Part shown: positions 1-10,113 of the stretch, one piece after another | Layout: each line of letters opens with the position of its first letter | Numbering within the stretch: position 1 is the first letter of the stretch | Assembly: GCA_965248195.1 (NCBI GenBank) | Contig: CBDFIQ010000001.1 | Location: 608,001 to 672,000, forward strand | DNA: 64,000 nt | Direction: 5' to 3' | Source: Longimicrobiales bacterium | GTDB lineage: Bacteria > Gemmatimonadota > Gemmatimonadetes > Longimicrobiales > Gaopeijiaceae | The notes under the pieces: generated by a model | What the model saw: the letters and a program-made list of their open reading frames with translations, nothing else | Told to the model about the DNA's origin: nothing | The model's database searches: none | Translations under genes and position numbers: made by a program

Positions 1-118
1 TGATGTACCGCTGCCGCTGGAAGGCGGCAGTATCGATAATACGAACCGCCGTATGATCGAGCCGAATCGTGTTCCAAAGGGGGTCGCGGATGATCCGCTC
101 TTCACTGTAGGACGGCAT
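1..118 (-). CDS. HD-domain dNTP triphosphohydrolase-like protein (SAMHD1-like), N-terminus; runs off the window edge
   Basis: Manual translation from ATG 118: MPSYSEERIIRDPLWNTIRLDHTAVRIIDTAAFQRQRYI, matching the IRDP..IIDT..FQRLR N-terminal motif of this family. Confidence 0.75.
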   Translation of the reverse strand, partial: MPSYSEERIIRDPLWNTIRLDHTAVRIIDTAAFQRQRYI

Positions 119-138
119 GTGCGGACGTTAGCGGGAGC

Positions 139-1595
139 GATGGTGTCCCGCTGACAGTTGAAGGTGGTGGCTCCGGAGAGTCTCCTTGTTAGCCTGCCTT
201 TCTCATTTCGGCAACCGGTTCATGGTCGTCGAGGTGGGCCCTGAGCATCCAGAGCTGGTCGTAGCCGATGATCCTCCGGTAGCTCTTCTCGGTCTCCACG
301 AACGAGGCCGCAGCCCAGCGCAAGGCCATCGCTCCGTTCTTCCAGTTGGTCACCCTGCGGGTCTTCTGTCTTACGCCCGAGTGGGTGCTGTCGATCAGGT
401 TGGTCGAGCCCAGGCACTTCCTCAGCCGCGGCGGGAGGCCGAGCCGGTTGATCGTGAACATCTCGCTGAGGCCTTCGCGTAGGCTGGCCGAGGCCGAGGG
501 GTGGTCGCGCTCGAGCCATCGGGCGAGCTGCTCGAGCTTCTGCTCGCCCTGCTTCGCGTCCAGCTTCATCGCCGCCCGGAACGCCGCCTTCACCTGAGGA
601 TGCTGATCCTTCGGCAGATGACCCAGCACGTTGCGGAGCTTGTGGTTGCGGCAGCGCTGGATGGGGTGACGTTGGCCGAACACCTTCTCGATCGCCTTCC
701 TGAGCGCTTTCGAGCCATCGATCACGAACAGCCGCCGCCTGCCCGGGTCCAGGCCGCGCTCGACCAGATCCTCTAGGAGCGCGCTGGTCACCTCGGCGTT
801 CTCACTCGCTCCTTCCCTCACGCCCAGCACGTGCTTCTTTCCGTCTGAGTCCACGCCTACCGCAGCAAGCACGTGGTGCGAGCCCATCTGGATCCCGTCC
901 AGGTAGATCACCAGGAGGTCCCACGCATCCAGCCGGCGCTCCATCAGCTCCTTCAGCACGCGCTCCGAGGCCTCGACCGTCTCACGGCTCACCGCCGACT
1001 TGCTCACCCCGACCGTGTCGGCCATCTCACCGATCACACGGCCGTACTTCCGCGTGCTCACCCCCGCCATCAGGACCTCGAGCATCCGATCCGCCACGGC
1101 GCCCGGTCTCCGCATCGCTGCGTACGCCGGCACCTCGACCTCGCCACCCTCCCCGGCGCCCCGGCGCCTGAGCCGTGGCCGCTCCACACGCACCTTCCGG
1201 TCCGACAGGTAAACCACACCACCCTGCCGGCCATACCACACCGTGTCGTCTTCCGCTCGTGACCGACCTGCCTGCTTCACGCCTGCCACACCCTCGGCGC
1301 TCATCTCCAGCACCGCTTCGATCGTCGCTCGTCCCATCACCTGGATGACTTCGTCGATCGCGACCTCCGTCTGCTCCACGAGCTCAAGCATCGGAAGCAG
1401 AAACTGCCCCTCCCGCTTCAGGAACTCCCTGATCGCGCGCTTGTCCGCCCGATCCCTTACCTCGTACGTTCTCTTCATCGTGGTGGCTCCGTGTTGGGGT
1501 TTTTGCCTACCCGAGCCTATCGGCCCGGGACCCCCGGAGCCACCACTTCTCTTTCTCCCCTATCAGGAACCTTCAACTACGGTTGGGACAGCTTC
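139..1595 (-). mobile_element. IS256-family insertion sequence, complete
   Basis: Imperfect TIRs GATGGTGTCCCGCTGACAGTTGAAGGT (139-) and revcomp GAAGCTGTCCCAACCGTAGTTGAAGGT (-1595); 8-bp TSD GCGGGAGC at 131-138 and 1596-1603; internal transposase. Confidence 0.93.
189..1478 (-). CDS. IS256-family (Mutator-type) DDE transposase
   Basis: 429 aa; motifs GVSTRK, YLDG, DG.KAL, QRCRNHK, STNLIDS. Confidence 0.93.
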   Translation of the reverse strand: MKRTYEVRDRADKRAIREFLKREGQFLLPMLELVEQTEVAIDEVIQVMGRATIEAVLEMSAEGVAGVKQAGRSRAEDDTVWYGRQGGVVYLSDRKVRVERPRLRRRGAGEGGEVEVPAYAAMRRPGAVADRMLEVLMAGVSTRKYGRVIGEMADTVGVSKSAVSRETVEASERVLKELMERRLDAWDLLVIYLDGIQMGSHHVLAAVGVDSDGKKHVLGVREGASENAEVTSALLEDLVERGLDPGRRRLFVIDGSKALRKAIEKVFGQRHPIQRCRNHKLRNVLGHLPKDQHPQVKAAFRAAMKLDAKQGEQKLEQLARWLERDHPSASASLREGLSEMFTINRLGLPPRLRKCLGSTNLIDSTHSGVRQKTRRVTNWKNGAMALRWAAASFVETEKSYRRIIGYDQLWMLRAHLDDHEPVAEMRKAG

Positions 1596-1642
1596 GCGGG
1601 AGCCGCCCGGCCGGGGCAATGGCTCTTTGCGCCAGCCCGCTT

Positions 1643-1667
1643 TATACTTACCGAACGAAACACGAAA
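1643..1667 (+). promoter_or_regulatory. Putative -10 box (TATACT) followed by a GAAC-N7-GAAA candidate LexA-type operator
   Basis: TATACT 1643-1648; GAAC(1653)-GAAACAC-GAAA(1667); lies upstream of a DNA-repair-type nuclease. Confidence 0.35.
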
Positions 1668-1718
1668 GTCCGATTTAGACCACTTCACGCTCCTCACAGA
1701 AGATCTTTTCAAGCGCTC

Positions 1719-2843
1719 GTGCCTACTTCCGCCCTCCGCGAATATGTGCGGACGCACGCCGAAAACCGTCCGGGCGTCTATCAGATGCTGGGCGCCGACG
1801 GGGATCCACTGTACGTGGGAAAGTCGATCCACGTGCGCACACGACTCCTCTCTTACTTCAGGGCCCCGCCGGAAGAGAAGGCTACAAAGCTGATCCGGGA
1901 GACCGGCCGAATCCGGTGGGAGTACATCCCGAACGAGTTTTCGACGCTGGTCCGTGAGATGAGACTCATTCAACGTTGGCAACCCCGGTTCAACGTGCGG
2001 CACAAGCGGAAGCGGATGTATGCCTTCGTGAAGCTCACCCGGGAAATCGCACCTCGGATCGTCCCCGTCACACGCGCTGTTCCCGATGGCTCACTTTACT
2101 TCGGACCCTTTCCAGCCGTTGGGGAGGTGGGCCGCACGGTTCGGGAATTGGCCCACGCCGTGGGCCTCAGGGATTGCCCCGGGGCGACGCCGATGTTTTT
2201 CGACGATCAACTGGAAGTCTTCGCTGAAGGACGGACGCCCCTCTGCATGAGGGCGGAGTTGGGCACTTGCCCGGCGCCGTGTTGCGGGGGAGTGAGCAGC
2301 GAGGCTTATCAGCAGAAAGTCGTGACCGCACGGCGCTTTCTCGAGGGTCGCGGTCGCGCACCACTCGCGGCACTCGAGAGCCGTTTACAAGATGCCGTGG
2401 CGCGCCTCGACTTCGAGTACGCCGCACGGATTCGGGACCGGCTCGAGCGCCTCCAATCCTTCCAGGAGCACCTCGCGGCGTTCCGAGGGCGCATCGAAAG
2501 TCTCACGTTTCTCTACCGCGTGCCCGGATTCGCCGGCGATAGCCGCCTCTATCTCATCCGAAGAGGACGCCTTCAACGCGAGTTCCCGTACCCTACAACC
2601 GAAGGTGAACGGCGGAAAATCGACGACGCGGTCGAGTCCGTATACCGAGCCCCCGACCAGGACCCGGCGTCGTTGGCGCCTCAGGACGCCGCCGAGATAC
2701 TGCTCGTGGCTCGCTGGTTCGAGCTTCGCCCCAAGGAGCTGAAGCGCACCGCAACACCCAAGAAGTGGCTCACCGAGGGTGGCATCCGGCCCTCGCGTTG
2801 CGCGAACCGGCGTCGCCTCCCAGGTTTCGCGATAGATTCCTAG
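1719..2843 (+). CDS. GIY-YIG nuclease with UvrB/UvrC-type motif (UvrC N-terminal/Cho-like)
   Basis: PGVYQM..LYVGKS..RLLSYF, PRFN, YFGPF, Cys cluster, LDFEYAARIRD; the ORF-track start lies inside the IS, so GTG 1719 is proposed. Confidence 0.82.
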   Translation: MPTSALREYVRTHAENRPGVYQMLGADGDPLYVGKSIHVRTRLLSYFRAPPEEKATKLIRETGRIRWEYIPNEFSTLVREMRLIQRWQPRFNVRHKRKRMYAFVKLTREIAPRIVPVTRAVPDGSLYFGPFPAVGEVGRTVRELAHAVGLRDCPGATPMFFDDQLEVFAEGRTPLCMRAELGTCPAPCCGGVSSEAYQQKVVTARRFLEGRGRAPLAALESRLQDAVARLDFEYAARIRDRLERLQSFQEHLAAFRGRIESLTFLYRVPGFAGDSRLYLIRRGRLQREFPYPTTEGERRKIDDAVESVYRAPDQDPASLAPQDAAEILLVARWFELRPKELKRTATPKKWLTEGGIRPSRCANRRRLPGFAIDS

Positions 2844-2892
2844 ATTCGAAAATTCCGGACTACCCGTCATGATCATCATTCAGGAGGTCGTC

Positions 2893-3699
2893 ATGCGACG
2901 CTTTGTCTCTCCCCTCGTGCAAGGCGTCGCGGTGCTCGCCGTCTCGGCTTCGATTGCCGGGGCCCAGACCGAAACCCTGATGTACGATCATGTGCACATG
3001 TCGGTCCCGGATCCGCAGGCCTCGGCCCAGTGGTTCCACGATCATATCGGGGGCGAGTTCGTCGACGGCCGCACAGACCGGTTGCTGTTCGGCACGACAA
3101 GAATCATGTGGCTCGGATCGAGGGGCGAGGCTCGCAGGCCGAGTGCCGGGGGCGTCATCGACCACCTCGGGTTCTCCTTCGCGAACCTCAGTGCGAAACT
3201 CGCGGAAGTGGAAGGCGCCGGTGCGACGGTTACCACGCCCCGCCGGGAGGTGGAGGGCCTTTTCCCGCTCAGCTTCATCGTAGACCCCTGGGGCGTGCGG
3301 CTCGAATTGATCGAGGACCCGCAACATCTCGGATTCCACCACGTCCATCTGCGCGACCCTGAGCCGATGGAAGCCCTCGAGTGGTACCACGAGAATTTTG
3401 GTGGCGTCCGCAGGACCCTCAGGGGCAGCCAGTTGGACGGGATCCTCTATCCGGGTAACGTCTGGCTGCTGGTTTCCCGGGGTGAGACCTTTCCCAGCCA
3501 GGGCGCCGCGATCGATCACATCGGCTGGCGCGCCATCGTGCTCGACGAAAAGATCGAGGAGTTCAGGGCCAAGGGTCTGGAACTCACTACGGATCGGCGA
3601 GACATGACTCTTCCCAACGGTCAGATCGCCTTCTTTTACGTCGCCGGTCCGAACGGCGCGCGTGTCGAGTTCGTCGAGCGGGCGCGTGACATGCCGTAA
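2893..3699 (+). CDS. Exported VOC/glyoxalase-family protein (tandem VOC domains)
   Basis: Signal peptide; YDHVHM, IDHLGF, DPWG..ELIE, FHHVHL, GPNG..VEFVE; GGAGG RBS. Confidence 0.8.
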   Translation: MRRFVSPLVQGVAVLAVSASIAGAQTETLMYDHVHMSVPDPQASAQWFHDHIGGEFVDGRTDRLLFGTTRIMWLGSRGEARRPSAGGVIDHLGFSFANLSAKLAEVEGAGATVTTPRREVEGLFPLSFIVDPWGVRLELIEDPQHLGFHHVHLRDPEPMEALEWYHENFGGVRRTLRGSQLDGILYPGNVWLLVSRGETFPSQGAAIDHIGWRAIVLDEKIEEFRAKGLELTTDRRDMTLPNGQIAFFYVAGPNGARVEFVERARDMP

Positions 3700-3730
3700 C
3701 ATCCTGCTCACCTCGCCTGGAGAGACCGTC

Positions 3731-4660
3731 ATGGGCGTAAATTTCGATATGAAACCGAATCGGCGTGACTTCCTCGCTCAGGCGCTAGGGTTGGGCGCGT
3801 TGCTCTCGCACCCAGGCCGTCTCCTGGCGCAGGAGACGCTCCCCACTCGAGCCATCCCGGGCACCACAGAGGCCCTTCCCGTGGTCGGGTTCGGATCCTC
3901 GAAGCCGGTACTCGAGAGCCCGACCGAGGGCACGGAGCCCATCGCGAACGTTATTCGGACCTTGCTAGAATACGGAGGCCGCGTGGTCGACACGTCACCG
4001 CGGACGGAGGAGATCGATCGGGACTTCGGCCGCGTGTTGCAGGATCCCGAGGTGAGGGACCGTCTCTTTCTCACTGCCAAGATCAACATCGACGGTGAAC
4101 AGAACGGCATCGATCAGTGGCGGCAGACCCAGAGGCTGTTCGGGCGCCGCACCGTGGATCTTCTCCAGGTCGAGAGTCTGCGAGATGTCGACCTGCACTG
4201 GCCCAACGTGAGGGCCTGGAAGGACTCCGGCGAGGCGCGCTACATCGGAGTGACGGTCTCCGCCAATGCCCGTCACGGCTTGATGGAGACGTTCATGAGG
4301 GAGAATTCGCCAGATTTCGTGCACGTAAACTATTCCCCCATGGAAAATCGAGCCGAAGAGCGCCTTTTGCCCCTCGCCCGCGATATGGGCATGGCGGTCC
4401 TGATCAATCGGCCGTTCATGAACGGCTCCTACTTCGGGATGGTCGCGGGCAAGGAGCTCCCTGCCTGGGCCACGGATTTCGACTGTGAGACTTGGGCGCA
4501 GTTCTCGCTCAAGTATGTGCTGGCGAACCCCGCGGTCACCTGTGTGCTGACGGAGACGACGAATCCGGAGCACATGGAGGAGAACATCCAGGCAGCCTTC
4601 GGGCGTCTGCCGGACGAGTCCACGAAGGGGCGGATGCGGGAGCTGATCCGGGGGTTCTGA
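3731..4660 (+). CDS. Aldo/keto reductase with Tat signal peptide
   Basis: NRRDFL Tat motif; LPVVGFG, VDTSP, DLLQV, RYIGVT, VNYS, INRPF. Confidence 0.85.
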   Translation: MGVNFDMKPNRRDFLAQALGLGALLSHPGRLLAQETLPTRAIPGTTEALPVVGFGSSKPVLESPTEGTEPIANVIRTLLEYGGRVVDTSPRTEEIDRDFGRVLQDPEVRDRLFLTAKINIDGEQNGIDQWRQTQRLFGRRTVDLLQVESLRDVDLHWPNVRAWKDSGEARYIGVTVSANARHGLMETFMRENSPDFVHVNYSPMENRAEERLLPLARDMGMAVLINRPFMNGSYFGMVAGKELPAWATDFDCETWAQFSLKYVLANPAVTCVLTETTNPEHMEENIQAAFGRLPDESTKGRMRELIRGF

Positions 4661-4733
4661 GGGGTTCGCCTCGAAAGGTTTGAGGCGTCCCGGATTCCCG
4701 ACCTTCCAGGATTCCCGACCTGACGAGGGCTGA

Positions 4734-5744
4734 CTACATCACACTCCGGCGGAGCTCTGGAAAAACCTTGGAGACCTTGCCCAGGATGTAGTCCCCGTAC
4801 GTGCCTTCGAACTCGTGCACGCTGGCACGGTCCCAGCGCTCGTCCTTGTCTTCCTCCAGAAGGGGCATGCCACTCAGATCGATCGCCTCGACGTGCGCGT
4901 CGAAACCCGGGTCGAAGAAAAATGGGAACGAGAGCCGGCTTCGTCCGGACACGTTTTGCACCCGGTGTGGCGTGGACCGGTAGAGCCCGCGGGTCAGGCG
5001 GTCGAGCATGTCGCCGATGTTGCACACGAACGAATTGGGCAGAGGAGGCGCGTCGATCCACCGCGACCGCGTCTTGACCTGGAGCCCGCCCACATCGTCC
5101 TGCTTCAGGATGGTGAGCACACCGTAATCGGTGTGCTCACCGACGCCCCACTGCTCCTCTGCATCAGGCTTCAGCGTGACCGGCGGGTAGTGGAAGACGC
5201 GGAATAGGGTGAGGGGAACCGCCATGTACCGTTCCCGGAAATAGCCCGGCTCAAGGCCCAGGCTCAAAGCCATGCCCCTCATGAGCGCATGACCGAGATC
5301 CGTCAAGGCCGCCATGTACTCCAGGATCGTGTCGCCGAAGCCCGGAATCCCCGCCGGAAAAACGTTCGGCCCATGTAGGGGGAGGCACGCACGCACGCGA
5401 GGATCATCCTCACTCAGCTGCGATCCGAAGTAGAGTCCCTCCTTGACATCGGGTTTACCCGAGGTAAGCTCGTCGCCCACGGGGAAGTAGCCTCGCCAAG
5501 CCTTGCCAGCGAGGGCCATCCGGATCTCGAGCTTCGTCTCAACGTCCTGTGCGAAGAATCTGTGGCTGAGCTCCTCGAGCCGTTGGTTGAGGTTCTCGCT
5601 GACGCCGTGTCCGATCACATAGAAAAAACCGTTCTCCCTACAGGCCCACCCCATGGCGGCCGCCACCCCTTCCTGGTCTCCAGCGCCGGCCACGAGAGGA
5701 GCGACGTTGATGATGGGGACCTCGGACGTCCGGTCGTGCGTCAA
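4734..5744 (-). CDS. Isopenicillin-N-synthase-family 2OG-Fe(II) oxygenase
   Basis: ACRENGFFYV, HTDYG, NIGDML, STPHRV, RLS; TTG start downstream of GGAGG; the 5' part of the 795-aa ORF is antisense shadow of the dipeptidase. Confidence 0.88.
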   Translation of the reverse strand: MTHDRTSEVPIINVAPLVAGAGDQEGVAAAMGWACRENGFFYVIGHGVSENLNQRLEELSHRFFAQDVETKLEIRMALAGKAWRGYFPVGDELTSGKPDVKEGLYFGSQLSEDDPRVRACLPLHGPNVFPAGIPGFGDTILEYMAALTDLGHALMRGMALSLGLEPGYFRERYMAVPLTLFRVFHYPPVTLKPDAEEQWGVGEHTDYGVLTILKQDDVGGLQVKTRSRWIDAPPLPNSFVCNIGDMLDRLTRGLYRSTPHRVQNVSGRSRLSFPFFFDPGFDAHVEAIDLSGMPLLEEDKDERWDRASVHEFEGTYGDYILGKVSKVFPELRRSVM

Positions 5745-5975
5745 GGATGCCTCCAAGTGGCGAACGTGGCATGACCACCGTAGATCAGCCCCACCGGACA
5801 AGCAAGACGCTGTCGGCCAACCTTGAGCCGCCAGTATGAGATTCGAGGTGCGACCGGGTGGCTGAAGACCCCCCTCGGCTAGGCGGCGCCGGGTGGGCCG
5901 CTCTTGTCTGGCAGGCCCGCCACACCATCTATTACAATCACGACCCTGCCTCACACCGGACGAACGGACCAATCC

Positions 5976-7319
5976 ATGCGTGTTTTGAGCACGAGACGGT
6001 CTTCTTCGAAGCTTGCCCTCCTCCTCTCTCTCGTGGCCGCGGCCGCTTGCCGGGGTGAGCCCGCGAACGAGACCGAGGCGGACCTGATCGAGCGCGCCCG
6101 CGGCATCCACGAACGGGTCATCACCCTCGACACCCACAACGACATCAGCGCGGCCAACTTCACGGCGGAGCGCAACTACACGATGGACCTGGGGAACCAG
6201 GTCAACCTCCCAAACATGGAAGCCGGCGGGCTGGACGTGTCGTGGATGATCGTATACGTGGGTCAGGGCCCTCTGACGGAGGAGGGGTACGCGGACGCCC
6301 ACGCGCAGGCGATCGCGAAGTTCGATGCGATTCATCGCCTGACCGAGGAAATCGCACCGGATCGCATCGAGCTCGCGCTCACGTCCGTCGACGTTCGCCG
6401 CATCGCAGCGTCGGGGAAGAAGGTCGCGATGATCGGTATCGAGAACGCGTATCAGGTCGGCCTCGACCTCGACAACATCCGTGACTTCGCGGAGCGGGGG
6501 GGACGCTATATGTCCCTCGCCCACAATGGGCACAGTCAGTTCTCCGACTCGAACACGGGTGAGCGGGACGGCGTTTGGCTCCACGACGGGCTGAGCGACC
6601 TCGGTCGGCAGGCGATCGTCGAGATGAACCGGTGGGGGATCATGATCGATATCTCGCACCCCTCCAAAGAGGCAATCATGCAGATGCTCGAGCTGACACG
6701 AGCGCCGGTCATCGCCTCCCATTCCTCGGCGCGGGCGCTCAACGACGTGAGCCGCAATCTCGACGAGGAGCAACTCATGGCCTTGAAAGAGAACGGCGGC
6801 GTCGTCCAAACCGTCGCCTTCCGGAGCTACTTGAACGCTGACAAGAACAGCGCGAATCGTGACGCCGTCCAGGCAATCACCTCCGCGGTCGCCGAGGAGA
6901 TGGACTTCGAGATACTCGGTGGACGTGGTGGTGGCGCCAGCGGCGCGCTCCTGGCGATGAATGAGGAGGAGCGCGAAACGTACCGGGCGGGTCTGGCCCG
7001 CGTGCAGGAGGCGGTGGCCGCCAGGATCGCGGCGGAGGTCGACCCCGTGACGCCTCCGGTCGGCGTGGCGGACTTCGTGGACCACATCGACTATCTCGTA
7101 GGTTTGATCGGCATCGAGCACGTCGGCATCAGCTCCGACTTCGATGGTGGCGGTGGGGTCGAGGGCTGGAACGACGCCTCGGAGACGTTAAACGTGACGC
7201 TCGAACTGGTCCGTCGCGGCTACGCCGAGAACGAGATCGGCGTGATCTGGAGCGGAAATCTGCTCCGCGTCCTCGACGAGGTTCAGGCCTTGGCGGCCGA
7301 GATCCAGGCGGGGGGCTGA
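5976..7319 (+). CDS. Membrane dipeptidase (peptidase M19), lipoprotein
   Basis: Lipobox AAAC; LDTHND, GIEN, DISH, ASHS, DHIDY, HVGISSDFDG. Confidence 0.9.
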   Translation: MRVLSTRRSSSKLALLLSLVAAAACRGEPANETEADLIERARGIHERVITLDTHNDISAANFTAERNYTMDLGNQVNLPNMEAGGLDVSWMIVYVGQGPLTEEGYADAHAQAIAKFDAIHRLTEEIAPDRIELALTSVDVRRIAASGKKVAMIGIENAYQVGLDLDNIRDFAERGGRYMSLAHNGHSQFSDSNTGERDGVWLHDGLSDLGRQAIVEMNRWGIMIDISHPSKEAIMQMLELTRAPVIASHSSARALNDVSRNLDEEQLMALKENGGVVQTVAFRSYLNADKNSANRDAVQAITSAVAEEMDFEILGGRGGGASGALLAMNEEERETYRAGLARVQEAVAARIAAEVDPVTPPVGVADFVDHIDYLVGLIGIEHVGISSDFDGGGGVEGWNDASETLNVTLELVRRGYAENEIGVIWSGNLLRVLDEVQALAAEIQAGG

Positions 7320-7486
7320 GGCGGCCGGTAGGGGTCCCGACCCGCTCCCAACTTTGTGCAACAGCCTTGCCCACGGTCACGTGTGGCTGCTACTCTGGCG
7401 GTGGATTTTAGGGCGCGGGGCTGTCCCTTTTTCGAGGAGCCCCCTGTTCGTTGCAGTGTCGTCTGGCTACCAGTTCAAGGGGACTA

Positions 7487-8892
7487 ATGAGCGTCGAGAG
7501 AACCACAACGTTTGTCCGCTTTCTGACCTTGGGAGTCGTTGGGCTGTGCGGATGCGCGAACGTGCAGACGAGTAGCGTCCAGCGAACCGACGGTGCGATT
7601 CTCGCGTCAGCCTCAGTCGAGGGCGCACCCACATTCTACGCCGATGCCGCGCCGATCCTTCAAAAGAACTGCGTAGCTTGCCACCAGCCGGATGGACCCT
7701 CCGTGGGCGGACTCACGGCCCCGATGTCGCTCATCGCCTATGAAGATGCCCGCCCCTGGGCTAGTCGGATCAAGCGGGCGCTGGAGACGGGTTATATGCC
7801 GCCCTGGGGAGCCCACGCACAGCACGAAGGCACGTTCAAGGACGAGCGCTATATCCCCGATGCTGACAAGGAGACGCTCATCGCCTGGGTAGATGCGGGG
7901 GCACCGGCGGGGGCACCGGCCGACGCAAGGGCATGGGAGGCTCGCGTCGCGGCCGGACAGGTCCAGCAAGGTGGAACCTCCCTGCCGCCCTCGGGCTGGT
8001 GGATCGGCGATCCGGATCTCGTCGTGGCGTTCTCGGAGCCGGTCCAGGTGGCCGACGATGTGCGGGACTGGCAGCCCACCTTCACCATGCCCGTCCCTGA
8101 GGGTCAGCATACCGAAGCACGGTGGGTCTCGAAGGCCGAGCTTCGCCCCGGCGGTCCCTGGGTTCACCATATCGTGTCCAGTCACATGGGAGTCGGCGTC
8201 CCCGGTCGGGGCCCGTTCACCTATCCGGAGGGGTGGGGTGTTCTACTGCCCGAGGACCCCTACATCACCGTCAACATGCACTATCACAAGGACCCGGGGC
8301 CGGGAAGCAGCGTAGAGGATCTGACACAGGCCGGGTTCGTTTTCTACGAGCCGGGCGATGTGATCGACTACGTGGTCGATACGGACCTGAACTTCACGCG
8401 AGAATTCAAGATTCCCGCGGGTGATCCGAACTACGAGGTCAAGCACGAGCGTTTGTTCGAGGAAGACACCTTTCTCCTTTCCATGGGGCCGCACATGCAC
8501 TACCGGGGAAGGCTGTGAAGTACGAGCTCGAGTATCCGGACGGGAAGATGGAAACCCTGCTCTGGGTGCCGGACTACGATTTCAACTGGCAGTTCCTTTA
8601 CGAGTACCAAGAGCCGCTCCTCGTTCCGGCCGGCTCCAAGCTCCACATGACCTGGTGGTTCGACAATTCCGTCGACAATCCCTTCAATCCCGATCCGACG
8701 GCGGATGTGGTGTACGGCGCGGCCACCACGGATGAGATGGCCAACGCACGGATCTATTTCGCTCCCGTGACCAAGCGGGGCATCGTGGTGGGTGGGGAGA
8801 TTCCCGAAGAGCTCCTCGAACAGGCACGGGCCCGAGAGCAGCGGCGGCGCGAGCGGGCTGAGGCCCAGGAAGAGGCCCAGAACCAACGGTAA
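7487..8892 (+). pseudogene. Cytochrome c + copper type II (PHM-like) monooxygenase-like protein, split by a 1-nt frameshift near 8508
   Basis: CVACH heme motif, VHH, HYH, HMH; ...HMHYRG continues as KAVKYELEYPDG..YDFNWQ..DEM in the next frame. Confidence 0.72.
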
Positions 8893-8985
8893 GGCAAATA
8901 GAGGGCGGACAAGCCCCGCTGCTTCGGCCGCATGATCCCCATGCGGTGAGGGCGCGGGGCCGACTGCATCGAAGAGGGAGGATTC

Positions 8986-10047
8986 ATGAAGCACTCCGCG
9001 ATCGGGCGTGTGGCGATGGTCTTTGGTCTCGCAGTATTGATTGGTCTCGCGGCGGTCTCCTGCGACGGAGCGGGATCCGACTCGCAGGAAGTGGCGCAGA
9101 TGGCAGACCTCGCAGATCAGTTTCTCATGTCTCTGTCCGACGAGGAGCGTGGGCGCGCGACGTTCGGCTTCGCATCGGACGAGCGGGAGAGGTTCCACTT
9201 CGTCCCGCCCGAGGTGTTCGAGCGCCACGGTTTTCCGCTCAGGGACATGAGCGCCGAGCAGAGGGAGCGGGCCCATGACCTGCTCAAGACCGGCCTCAGT
9301 CAGAGCGGGTACATGACCGCTACCGAGATCATCGAGGTCGAGGCGATCCTACAGGCGCTGGAGGGCGACGAAGGCCAATTCTCGCGTGACCCGGAGCTGT
9401 ACTTCGTCTCCGTGTTCGGTACGCCGTCGACCGATGGAACCTGGGCCTGGAGGTTCGAGGGGCACCACCTCTCGCTGCACTTCACGATCGTGGACGGGGC
9501 GATCACCGTCAGCACGCCGACCTTCTTGGCGGCGAGCCCCGCAGAGGTCATGGAAGGTCCCAGAGCGGGGCTGCGGCCCCTGGGTTCCCTGGAGGACGCG
9601 GGCCGAGCATTGCTCGCATCCCTGGACCCCTCGCAACGGGCGGTCGCAATCATCGAAGAGGTCGCACCCACGAACATAGTGCGCGGCGTGGAGCTCGCAC
9701 CCGATCCCCTCTCCCCGGTGGGCATCGTAGGCTCGGATCTCACCGCGGCGCAGCAAGATATACTGATGGAGGTGATCGAGTTCTATACGTCGAAGATGGC
9801 CGATGACATCGCAGCGCTGCGACGCGCGAAAGTTGAAGATGACGGCATCGAGAACATCACGTTCGCTTGGGCCGGCGGGACCTCGTACGGCGACGTGTCC
9901 TACTTCCGGGTGCAGGGCCCTAGCTTCTTGATAGAGTTCGACCACACCCAGAGCGACCCCAATCACATCCACTCGGGGTGGCGTGACTTCGACGGAGACT
10001 TCGGTCGCGATGTGCTGAGGGACCACCTGGCGCAGGTAGTGCACTAG
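8986..10047 (+). CDS. DUF3500-domain lipoprotein
   Basis: WAWRFEGHHLSLHF, YFRVQGP.FLIEFD, NHIHSGWRD..DFG. Confidence 0.85.
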   Translation: MKHSAIGRVAMVFGLAVLIGLAAVSCDGAGSDSQEVAQMADLADQFLMSLSDEERGRATFGFASDERERFHFVPPEVFERHGFPLRDMSAEQRERAHDLLKTGLSQSGYMTATEIIEVEAILQALEGDEGQFSRDPELYFVSVFGTPSTDGTWAWRFEGHHLSLHFTIVDGAITVSTPTFLAASPAEVMEGPRAGLRPLGSLEDAGRALLASLDPSQRAVAIIEEVAPTNIVRGVELAPDPLSPVGIVGSDLTAAQQDILMEVIEFYTSKMADDIAALRRAKVEDDGIENITFAWAGGTSYGDVSYFRVQGPSFLIEFDHTQSDPNHIHSGWRDFDGDFGRDVLRDHLAQVVH

Positions 10048-10113
10048 AGAGCTGTTGGGGTGCTGGGGAGGCCCATGCCACTGAACCCACTAACCTGGAA
10101 GGCAGGACGCCGC

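Noticed and set aside
4667..4721. Hairpin plus 13-bp direct repeat GGATTCCCGACCT between convergent genes
   Set aside because: Probably a terminator or slippage scar; not seen elsewhere in the window
5745..7121. 795-aa ORF as a fusion protein
   Set aside because: The 5' part is the antisense shadow of the M19 dipeptidase; an RBS supports TTG 5744
8505..8520. Selenocysteine readthrough or programmed frameshift at TGA 8516
   Set aside because: The continuation is in another frame, and there is no XXXYYYZ slippery site
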